Of a stretch of DNA of 64,000 bases, positions 9,279-17,458 are shown piece by piece. The stretch lies in the NCBI GenBank assembly GCA_024650005.2, contig CP122380.1, positions 1,312,001 to 1,376,000 of the forward strand, read 5' to 3'. A program made the translations under genes and the position numbers. The notes below the pieces were generated by a model that worked only from the letters and a program-made list of their open reading frames with translations, had not been told where the DNA came from and searched no databases. How positions within the stretch are numbered: position 1 is the first letter of the stretch; each line of letters begins with the position of its first letter. Source of the DNA: Candidatus Bathyarchaeum tardum (lineage in GTDB: Archaea; Thermoproteota; Bathyarchaeia; Bathyarchaeales; Bathyarchaeaceae).

Positions 9279-9923
9279 TTATATTTTCATTTGAACTTTT
9301 TCCTTTATTTCCGGAAGGTTAACAGGAACTTCTGGAAGTTGTTGTTTAACATTGTTTTCAGCAATTTGAGCTGCTTCATCCAATATACTTTGTGCAGCGT
9401 CATTTGGCACATCAAAACATAGATCAACTTGGTTGCTTTGGTGAGTTTCAGACATTATTCCGTTAAGCAGATTGCTAATTTGACCAAGTTCTTTGCTGGC
9501 TTCAGGTAAAGTTCCAGAGATTCCTTTTCCAATGTCGCGTAGCATATTAACACTTGGAGAAAGCAGACCAACAACGTCTCCAAATTCTGAAACGGTTCCC
9601 AAGCGTAACGAAATCTGTTCAAGAGCAAGCTTGGTATTAGAGATGTGTTTAACTGTTTTTCGTATTTCTGATAACTCGCTAGCGTAAACTTTGGCTCTAA
9701 CAAGGTCATGTTGTGAATACGCTTTAACCGTTTTAGCAAATAGGGACTTATCCCGTTTAGAAAAGTGATTAACAGCGTTGTCTAAATGTTGAATTTGAAC
9801 ATTCATTCGTTTATTTGCAGCATCAAGTCGTGATTTCAAAGGAGTAGGTTTACGGACTTTATCTTTTATTTTGTCACTAAAAGAAGTTTTTTCTTCAATT
9901 TTCCAGTTTTCTGAGAATTTCAT
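9279..9923 (-). CDS. cdvB: ESCRT-III / Snf7 family protein (CdvB paralog)
   Basis: RAKVYASELSEIRK, KLALEQISLRLGTV, ILDEAAQIAE...LPEVP: TACK CdvB signature. Confidence 0.85.
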   Translation of the reverse strand: MKFSENWKIEEKTSFSDKIKDKVRKPTPLKSRLDAANKRMNVQIQHLDNAVNHFSKRDKSLFAKTVKAYSQHDLVRAKVYASELSEIRKTVKHISNTKLALEQISLRLGTVSEFGDVVGLLSPSVNMLRDIGKGISGTLPEASKELGQISNLLNGIMSETHQSNQVDLCFDVPNDAAQSILDEAAQIAENNVKQQLPEVPVNLPEIKEKVQMKI

Positions 9924-9953
9924 AAATTATCCCAAGCAATAACAAAAGAAGCA

Positions 9954-9988
9954 AACATCATTAACATGATTAATATGTTGATAACATG
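9954..9988. promoter_or_regulatory. Tandem AACATG-like repeats in the cdvB promoter region
   Basis: AACATC (9954), AACATG (9963), AATATG (9972), AACATG (9983), 30-65 bp upstream of the cdvB ATG. Confidence 0.35.
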
Positions 9989-10332
9989 TAGAAGATTATT
10001 TACAAAATAATTATTCTAGACGTGTTAGGTTATTTTCCCTACAAAGATGTAAATATAAAAAATAAACTAAGGGAAATTATACATATAAATATAATTGAAA
10101 GGTTCATGAAATTTCTAAAATAAAAAAATCGTAATTAATGATTTATTATTTTTTTAACAACTTAGAAATCAATAAGTAAATTGATATAAAAAAGAGTTAA
10201 AATATGCTGTTTATTCTTTCCCTGAACCCAAGAGTTAAAATAACAAGCATTAACTTGAACCCAAATCTATAATAATATAATAAAAATTTGTGAATTACAA
10301 GATAGTGTACACGTCGATTTTCCAGAAAACAT

Positions 10333-10530
10333 TCAACGATTCTTTTTGATTTTCAGATTCCGAATGTACAAAGAAGCTTCTTGGGCGGTTTTTGCTTGCA
10401 CAACTTTTTTTGTTTTGCTAAGGTTAAGCCGGCTGGAACAGTAAGGGCATAATTTGGTTTTTTGGAATTTTTTCGCTAACAGATAGTGACCGCAATTGTA
10501 ACAAACTAGCACTATGTACATATTTATCAC
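10333..10530 (-). CDS. Small Zn-ribbon protein (DUF1922-like)
   Basis: CYNC...CPYC and QKTKLCPYC pattern. Confidence 0.7.
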   Translation of the reverse strand: MINMYIVLVCYNCGHYLLAKKFQKTKLCPYCSSRLNLSKTKKVVQAKTAQEASLYIRNLKIKKNR

Positions 10531-10588
10531 TTTTCAGAGGAAAGCTTTTTCTAACCTTTAATTCAATGCTGTAAGAGGAAGCAGATAA

Positions 10589-10927
10589 ATGAGTCGACTG
10601 TCACTAACAGAGCTTGCCCAAAAATATTTCAGGCAAAACGGATACAAAACAGAACAAGACGCCATCATAGAAGGCAATTCAGGCAGTACCCACAAATTTG
10701 ATTTAATTATTAAACGAGGAAAAGAAAAACGGTCAGTTTGGATCAAAGATTGGAACCGCACCGTCGGAGTAAACATGATAATAAACATCGATAACGCCTC
10801 AGAAGACATTGGATATCCGAAACCAATTATAATTTCAGAAAAATTCAGCGGTCACGCCAAAGCATATGCTAACCGCCGTAGCATAACTTTGCTGTCTAAA
10901 CAACAAATTTTACGGTTACTAGGATAA
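10589..10927 (+). CDS. Mrr-like restriction-endonuclease-fold protein
   Basis: YFRQNGYK, GNSG..HKFDLII, KFSGHAKAYA: Mrr_cat-type PD-(D/E)xK fold. Confidence 0.7.
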   Translation: MSRLSLTELAQKYFRQNGYKTEQDAIIEGNSGSTHKFDLIIKRGKEKRSVWIKDWNRTVGVNMIINIDNASEDIGYPKPIIISEKFSGHAKAYANRRSITLLSKQQILRLLG

Positions 10928-10931
10928 CAAA

Positions 10932-11606
10932 CTAAAAATGTTGCATAAACTCAGCAAGTTTTCCTTCAGCGTCTAGTTTAGATAACCAATCCACAGTTCC
11001 TATTCTGCATTGTTCCTTGTTTTCTAAAACCTGAAGCATCTCGTTAACCACTTCTTCTACAGTAAGGTTAGAGACGTCAATTTCACAAACTTTGTTTGCG
11101 CCAGAAACAGAAACAGAATCCCATAAACAAACATCCAAAACCTCAGAAGACAAATTCTCCCAAACTTTATTTTCAGAATAACCCCGTTGCTCTAAAACTA
11201 GTTTTAGTTTAATTGGATCTTTTCTAAGAACAAAAACAATTTTCACCTGATGAACAGGAACAACATCAACAACATAATGCCCCTCAATTACTATGGAGTC
11301 CTCCGCTTTTTCCAAAATTTGTTTTATTTGCTCTGAAACTTTAACGGTGTCAGCAACCAAGGTATCTCGCTGCTCATCTACGGCGTCAACCAAATTTTTA
11401 GATTTAACAAGGTCGGTTACACTCAAATACTCGGCATTCAGTTTAGAAGCTAACAACTTGGAAGTTGTTGTTTTTCCTACACCCGGAGTTCCGGTTACCA
11501 AAACTGCAGTTTTAATTTGTTCTGCTCTCCTAATGGCGGTTAAATACAAAGTTTCTAGGGTTATAGTTATGTTTTTTGTGTTTATTCCTAAAAAGCTTAA
11601 GAGCAT
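10932..11606 (-). CDS. Adenylate kinase, AK6/Fap7 type
   Basis: LVTGTPGVGKTT P-loop, IEGH, RGYSENKVWEN; the true start is probably near 11516-11549. Confidence 0.88.
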   Translation of the reverse strand: MLLSFLGINTKNITITLETLYLTAIRRAEQIKTAVLVTGTPGVGKTTTSKLLASKLNAEYLSVTDLVKSKNLVDAVDEQRDTLVADTVKVSEQIKQILEKAEDSIVIEGHYVVDVVPVHQVKIVFVLRKDPIKLKLVLEQRGYSENKVWENLSSEVLDVCLWDSVSVSGANKVCEIDVSNLTVEEVVNEMLQVLENKEQCRIGTVDWLSKLDAEGKLAEFMQHF

Positions 11607-11645
11607 TAAGGTATAATTATAAGCAATTCATGAAATACGATAACC

Positions 11646-12293
11646 GTGGATGGGAAATTAGCATTGAAACTACTGCACACGATTGAAAAGATTACAGAAA
11701 AAATTGCCCCTGGACCTTCTCCATCATTTAACGAAGCCCACGTAGTTAAAGTGCTAGAAATAATCGGTGACGAAAAAAACGTCGGAAGAATAAAACTTTC
11801 CAAAGAACTTGGACTAGGAGAAGGCGCAACAAGAACCCTCTTAAAACGCCTGAAAAAAGAAGGACTAACCAAAAGCTCACGAAGCGGAATCTCATTCACA
11901 GAAACAGGAAAAAACCTGTTTGACGAATTGCAAAACAAGCTCAGCAAAGGAATCGACGTTCCCAAAAGTCCTTTAACCTTAGGTGCATGCAACATTGCGG
12001 TTCTTGTTCGAAACTCAGCCAACTCAATAGGAAGCGGCATGGAACAACGAGACACAGCAATAATGTGCGGAGCAACAGGAGCAACTACTCTAGTTTTTTC
12101 TAACAACAAACTAACATTGCCCAAAGGAGAAGAAAACATCTCCGAAAAAATGCCCCAATTACATAACAAATTGATTACACAACTCGAACCAAAAGAAAAC
12201 GACGTAATCATCGTAGGCTGCGGAAAAAACAAAGACCTCGCAGAGATCGGAGCAAAAATGGCAGCAATAAAGCTACTCAAAAACAACAACTAA
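11646..12293 (+). CDS. wHTH protein (DUF4443/DUF2111-like regulator)
   Basis: GRIKLSKELGLGEGATRTLLKRL and G.EQRD.AI..GA.GATTL. Confidence 0.75.
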   Translation: MDGKLALKLLHTIEKITEKIAPGPSPSFNEAHVVKVLEIIGDEKNVGRIKLSKELGLGEGATRTLLKRLKKEGLTKSSRSGISFTETGKNLFDELQNKLSKGIDVPKSPLTLGACNIAVLVRNSANSIGSGMEQRDTAIMCGATGATTLVFSNNKLTLPKGEENISEKMPQLHNKLITQLEPKENDVIIVGCGKNKDLAEIGAKMAAIKLLKNNN

Positions 12294-12377
12294 TCTTACG
12301 GCCATTTTTAAACAACTAATTGAACATGATGATCAAACATGTCTAAAAAATCTGGCTTGCGAAACTGAAAGAATACT

Positions 12378-12605
12378 GTGAGAGTTTATAAGTTTCTTTT
12401 TCAGTGTTCAGGCAATTGCACGAGTCCACGTCAGATTGCAAGAGAACTTCGTTCAAACGTCAAACACGTAGCATATCATCTGAACAAGTTACTTGATTTG
12501 GGTTTAGTCAAAAAAGTAAACGGTTACTATCACATAACGGAAATCATTGAAGGAGTGCCCTTAGACAAGTTAAAGTCAGCAGCATCGATTTCAATCCTTG
12601 CATAA
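12378..12605 (+). CDS. Small wHTH protein, possibly a fragment
   Basis: SPRQIARELRSNVKHVAYHLNKLLDLGLVKK. Confidence 0.6.
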   Translation: MRVYKFLFQCSGNCTSPRQIARELRSNVKHVAYHLNKLLDLGLVKKVNGYYHITEIIEGVPLDKLKSAASISILA

Positions 12606-13313
12606 CCTCCCTCAGGAGCCTCAATTAGCCCATAGCCGAAATCAGCACTTCCTGTTTCCTCATAAGTTTTCCTCCATTCCATCACTCCCGTGGAATTTAT
12701 CTTCATTAACCAAGAGGTGCCCTGCCAAGACATATCCTCCATCAGAAGCTTGGACCATTGCTCGAACCCCTTATCCGGTTATTGTTTTGTTCCATTCCAT
12801 GTTTCCATAAACATCAGTTTTCACAAACAATCCGTCACCTGCCAAGGCATATCCTCCATCTGAAACCTTAACGATAGAGTAAACTCCTTCCGTATTTGGT
12901 CCTCCATATGTCTTGTTCCATTGCATGTTTCCATCATCGTCAGTGTTCACCAACCAAAAATCTTCTTCTCCCCGACCGAAAGACTCTGTGGAACCCGCTA
13001 GTGCGTATCCTCCATCGGAAGTTTCAACAATGCAGTTTGAATAATCATTTTTTTCTCCCCCATACGTCCTATTCCATTGAATATTTCCCCCATGGTCAAT
13101 TTTGACTAACCAAAAATCATCAATTATGCTATATCCTCCAGCTAGTGCGTATCCTCCATCCGACGTAGCAATCATCGAATAAACCTCCTGATTTTGGTTA
13201 ATTTCATAAACTTGGCTCCATATATTAGACGAAGCCCCAACAGAAGGAAAACTAATCCAAACCAAAGTACAAACAAACAGTACCAACGTGAATGTTGTTT
13301 TTATTTTATTCAT
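12598..13313 (-). pseudogene. Disrupted secreted beta-propeller-repeat protein (TSDGGYALAG repeats)
   Basis: Signal peptide plus repeats; in-frame TAA at 12771-12773 is followed by GVRAMVQASDGGYVLAG; frameshift near 12720 (WLMKINSTG..EW); repeat similarity ends near 12600. Confidence 0.8.
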
Positions 13314-13359
13314 TTCTCATTCAAATATTATTAGTTTAAAATATAAGAAAAGGGTTTTT

Positions 13360-13375
13360 GTTAAGAAAAATTGAC
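13360..13375. promoter_or_regulatory. Palindromic operator copy A (GTTAAG-AAAA-ATTGAC)
   Basis: 47 bp upstream of the ATG at 13313, abutting AAAAACCCTTTT; degenerate second copy at 13404-13419. Confidence 0.65.
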
Positions 13376-13792
13376 TAAACTACTCAAGATAAGCTATTTT
13401 CCAGCCAAGAAAATTAGATTAACAGATTTTATGAACTATTTTCTGAAAAAGCATCATATTGATTAAACAAATTGGATAATAAACTTCTAACAAAGCAGGT
13501 GTTTTTGAGAATGTGATCTAAAAAATCGGGATTTTTATCGATATCCTAGTGTGTCTTTTGGTGCAATGAGTTTTTTGCACTTTGGCAATAATGCTGAAGA
13601 GTGAATGGTTTGTTTACCCACCATACCCTGTGTACTAGTTTGTATTTGACTTTGTTCACATGCATAGCATTTTCCATCGTAAGGTTTGTGCGGTTCCATC
13701 ATTTAATTTTTCCCAAAATCATCATAAATCTTAAGACTGAATAAAATTTTATTGGTGGGAATACGGATTTTTGTAGGATGTGCCTTTGGTCA

Positions 13793-14938
13793 TTAACTGG
13801 AGTTTATGTGTGGTCTTAATTTGTTATCGTGATTAGTATTGTTGCTTGTTTGTTGTTTATTGTGTAATTTTTTGTAAAGTATTGTTACAGTTATTGCTGA
13901 GAGAAAAAACAGTAGCCCAATCCATGATGAAAACTCTGGGATGTGGTTATTGAGGAAGTATTGTTCATTTTCTGTGCAATATGTAATTGAAGGATTTATT
14001 GTACGTTCATCATTAGCTGAATCTAGTTTATAGCCTCCAATCACATATATTGTGTCACTTACTATTACAATACCTGGATCGAGCCTTCCTTGTGATGTTG
14101 AAAAACAAATTGTCCATCTGTCTGTTTTTGGTTCGTAACTTTGAATTGTGAAGTTTCGTAGAGTTAGTTGCCAGTATGGTAAATCTGCGTCTGCAGCATA
14201 AACATAAATTTGTTCTGGGATGCCAAGACCTTTTGTTGTACCTACAGATGCTAAAACTGTAGCTGAAATTGGTGGAGTTCCATAATGCCAACTGCTATTT
14301 TCAATTGAATAAATTTGGGTTGTGTTTGATTTTATGATGTATATACTATTATTAATGACTGCGGAGGCGTATGAACAAACTGCAGTGGGTATAGATGTAT
14401 CTGTTTGCCAAGAATCTGTAATTGGGTCATACACCTCATTAATTGTAGAGTTGGGTATTCCACCAATTATGTATATTTTATTGTTCACTACGTTTGCTTC
14501 AATGTCCATTCTTGCTGTTGGCATTGGTGTTTTTGTTTCCCATGTGTCTGTGGCTGGATCATACATTTCGGTTATATTGGTTGCTGAAAAACCATTGATG
14601 TATCCTCCTATACAGTAAATTTTGCTGTCAATAACTGCAATTCCAAATTCGGATCTTGGGGTCGGCATGTTTGTTTTAAAACTCCATGTGTCTGATGTTA
14701 AGTCATATTCTTCTACTGTTGACCTGAACCCTTCTTGATTGATGCCGCCTATGGCATATATTTTGTTATAGGCTACTGCAATTCCCAGTCCGCTTCTTGG
14801 TTCTTGCATAGGTGTTTTTGAGCTCGGAGACTTGGTGATAGTATTTGCAGAAGGAAAAACGGGGATAATAAAAAACGTAATTATACTTAGAATTGGAAGG
14901 ATTGTAAGTAGTTTAGTTTTTTGCATTAATATCGCCAT
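13793..14938 (-). CDS. Secreted Kelch-repeat protein with PEF-CTERM-like tail
   Basis: Signal peptide; KIYAIGG / YDP.TDTW..KTPMPTAR repeats; IPEFSSW + TM + KK. Confidence 0.9.
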   Translation of the reverse strand: MAILMQKTKLLTILPILSIITFFIIPVFPSANTITKSPSSKTPMQEPRSGLGIAVAYNKIYAIGGINQEGFRSTVEEYDLTSDTWSFKTNMPTPRSEFGIAVIDSKIYCIGGYINGFSATNITEMYDPATDTWETKTPMPTARMDIEANVVNNKIYIIGGIPNSTINEVYDPITDSWQTDTSIPTAVCSYASAVINNSIYIIKSNTTQIYSIENSSWHYGTPPISATVLASVGTTKGLGIPEQIYVYAADADLPYWQLTLRNFTIQSYEPKTDRWTICFSTSQGRLDPGIVIVSDTIYVIGGYKLDSANDERTINPSITYCTENEQYFLNNHIPEFSSWIGLLFFLSAITVTILYKKLHNKQQTSNNTNHDNKLRPHINSS

Positions 14939-14975
14939 AATTCTATTAATAATAGTTAAATATTAAAGCATTTTT

Positions 14976-14991
14976 GTCAATAAAACTTGAC
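14976..14991. promoter_or_regulatory. Palindromic operator copy B (GTCAAT-AAAA-CTTGAC)
   Basis: Directly upstream of AAAAATGCTTTAATA (BRE/TATA-like) of the Kelch gene on the minus strand. Confidence 0.7.
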
Positions 14992-15067
14992 AAGAATTAA
15001 TATTTAATTAAAAAAAAGAAAAAATTTGTGTTCCGTTTGAGGAACATGGGATTGAAGTTATCAGATT

Positions 15068-15829
15068 TTATGATGCCGTTGCATATAGTGCATCTATTTG
15101 TATGCAATTAAAGTAGTCTGGGTAAGGATATGGGTCTGGATATGGTGCTGGTGTCCAACAAATAACTGAGTAGCAGCTGTATGATGATTCTGTGTTTCCA
15201 ACAAAAACATAGGCGGCTGCACTATTTGTTACGCTCGTGTACCCTATAAAGTCCCATTCTAAAAAGGGAGTGTTTATATTATTACTCGCATAAACCATTA
15301 CAATATTCTTCCAAGGGGGATTAGTTCCTGTGTGTGTTCCTTTTTTGGCAATGACGTAAACGTTTCCACCTGCAGACGAACTCATATACCCTGCTGCAAA
15401 AGCTTCGCCCCCCATTGGGTTTTCTATGTCTTCATTCCATCCATCAGTATGTAAATGGGCGAAGTTTCCGTCATAATATCCTTCTAAATTGCTGGCATAT
15501 TGAATGTATCCATAAGGCTCATACGGGGATGTTACTTCAACTGAATCTAAATATGCAGTTGTTTTTGAATAGTCATAGATGTCTTCGCCTTTGGCTATCA
15601 CTTCTTTATTATGGTTTAGTTGATCTAACCATTTTATTCTTATCTTGTTCAGTTCTGCCTCAGACAGTTCTGTTCCATATTTTTCTAATAATCTCTCTAG
15701 AAAATCGGGAAGGAGACCGTCTCTTGCTTCCGTTGTGGAGTTTGCCAAAACAGTTACATAATTTCCTGTCATTAAAATTATGGAAATTAGAATTGTTGAA
15801 ATCAGTAGTTTTTTCTTAATTTTTACCAT
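15068..15829 (-). CDS. Secreted hypothetical protein
   Basis: Basic/hydrophobic signal (MVKIKKKLLISTILISIIL); beta-rich body; PAPYPDPYPYPDY segment. ORF extends to 15874. Confidence 0.65.
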   Translation of the reverse strand: MVKIKKKLLISTILISIILMTGNYVTVLANSTTEARDGLLPDFLERLLEKYGTELSEAELNKIRIKWLDQLNHNKEVIAKGEDIYDYSKTTAYLDSVEVTSPYEPYGYIQYASNLEGYYDGNFAHLHTDGWNEDIENPMGGEAFAAGYMSSSAGGNVYVIAKKGTHTGTNPPWKNIVMVYASNNINTPFLEWDFIGYTSVTNSAAAYVFVGNTESSYSCYSVICWTPAPYPDPYPYPDYFNCIQIDALYATAS

Positions 15830-16369
15830 TTTTTCACCTCCATCGTTTTTACATGTTCTCTTTCTGTTCTTCAATTGGAGCTAGGTGGTGAGGCACCTCC
15901 GCTGCATTTAGCTTCGGTTTAGTGTTGTGGAGAAAAATGGGTTGTAAGTTGATTCGCTTTTTTACAGAAAAAGTTCGATGCGACATCCCAAAGATTAGTG
16001 ATGTAAAACTCGAAACATTTTTAGCCACATTACTCCCCTTTAACCATTATTCACATCATTTATTTAAATTATTTGGTTAATTTTTATTGGTATGCATATA
16101 CACATTGTAATTAATTGCTAATAAATGTACTTTTAGTTGTTTTTATTATTATTCATTCTAGCATTCTTTTGGAGTGAATTTGACCATTGTTTGCGAAATT
16201 ATTAGATCTGAAAGTAAGTTTTGTGAATATAAAATTCAAAAAACGTTTTTTTGAAAAATCGCAAAAAAGCAATAATACCCTACTTTCCAGCTACACTAAA
16301 GCCTTATTGTAGCACACATTTTTCCTTATAAAAACAGGTTGATTAGAAGATTTTACATATTAGAATTTG

Positions 16370-16612
16370 CTAAGTCAAGAACAAATCTAGATATTTTTGA
16401 CCTTTGGAAGCTATTTGATAAACGACTCTGGAAATTCTTTTGATACGTTCATTATTTAATAGATATTGAAGCTGTGACTTGAAGGCGTTTGTAGCAGCAA
16501 ATCGGTACCCTGATGCATTAACTCGTTTTTCTAAGCGAGTATAATGCATATTGCTTTTTTCAAGCATTGCCAATATTGGCTTTCGAAGAATATCGCGCTC
16601 ATACTTTTCCAA
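16370..16612 (-). CDS. Small wHTH protein (provirus-relic region)
   Basis: ILAML...MHYTRLEK...QLQYLL...YQIASKGQKYL winged-helix pattern. Confidence 0.55.
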   Translation of the reverse strand: MEKYERDILRKPILAMLEKSNMHYTRLEKRVNASGYRFAATNAFKSQLQYLLNNERIKRISRVVYQIASKGQKYLDLFLT

Positions 16613-16619
16613 TTAATCT

Positions 16620-16847
16620 GATCTCTATTGTTTTTGCTTGCTCTTGTGACCACAATTTGAGCATTGATACAAAACGTCAATTTCTCCAGATTATACTATT
16701 TTGTGATTAAATCAGGTGAGTAAGGAATCATTTTCGTTCCGCAAACAAGGCAATATTCGTACCAATTACAAACGGCATAAAATCTGCAAGATGCCGTCTA
16801 CGAAGAATTTTCCCACAAGCTCAGCATTTGCCTGTTGCATACCCTAT
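16620..16847 (-). pseudogene. Decayed Cys-rich Zn-finger gene
   Basis: Manual translation: (I)GYATGKC*ACGKILRRRHLADF, frameshift, AVCNWYEYCLVCGTKMIPYSPDL; lost start, internal stop and frameshift. Confidence 0.5.
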
Positions 16848-16919
16848 TTTGGCTATCATTTCTGTTCACATATGAAAATCAAAAAAGAGAGAAATTGGGC
16901 ATTGAATTAAATGATGAGG

Positions 16920-17162
16920 TTACCATCTGGTTCCTCTTGCCACGGCTTCGGGTTTTAGGATTCCAAGGTCTTCGCGTTCGCTGCCAACAATGCCGTAACA
17001 GTCATCACGGGGATTCTCAAAAGGCTCAGTCATTACGTCTCTGCGCAACAACATAGCAGCTGCAACAACAGTATCAATGGCGTACACCGTTCCGTCAGCT
17101 ACTTTGCTACTAACTGCAATCTTCATTCCCAAGGTTTCAATCCTTGTTTTAATGGATTCCAT
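16920..17162 (-). pseudogene. C-terminal fragment of an HK97-like major capsid protein
   Basis: LGMKIAVSSKVADGTVYAID...MLLRRDV.TE.FENPRDD.YGIV.SER..LGILKPEAVA resembles the last ~70 aa of HK97-fold capsids; N-terminal part absent. Confidence 0.6.
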
Positions 17163-17166
17163 CCTT

Positions 17167-17223
17167 TGACCTTCAGAAAGGTCATTTGTTGTTGTTGACC
17201 CCCCTACCCCCCAACAACAACAA
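17167..17223. repeat. Two adjacent inverted repeats
   Basis: TGACCTT-CAGA-AAGGTCA (17167-17184), then TTGTTGTTGTTG...CAACAACAACAA (17186-17223) around the C-rich loop ACCCCCCTACCCCC. Confidence 0.7.
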
Positions 17224-17458
17224 TTTGTTTATTTTAAGTGTATGAATTAGTTTAGCATCAATGAAGTTTTATTGTTAGAGTGTGACGTTTAGTCTTTTGA
17301 AGCTCGATAACAACGCGTGTATGATTTTTTATGAGGTTATTGATGGATTTCTGTTAGTTGATAAATTAAGATTCAGTTAAAACTTTGAACGGGGGCTCCA
17401 TTGGTTGGAAAATTGCAGGCTAATTAGTCCATAAACAAAATAGCTCTTGAAAAGGGTT

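Noticed and set aside
10589-10927. Restriction-modification defence system
   Set aside because: A lone small Mrr-fold gene among housekeeping genes, with no methyltransferase or other defence genes.
11606-12289. 227-aa minus-strand ORF, and many similar antisense ORFs across the window
   Set aside because: Shadow frames of well-supported genes on the opposite strand; no recognisable motifs.
12771-12773. Stop-codon readthrough (Sec/Pyl) in the propeller gene
   Set aside because: The stop is TAA and is followed by a frameshift and truncation, which indicates decay.
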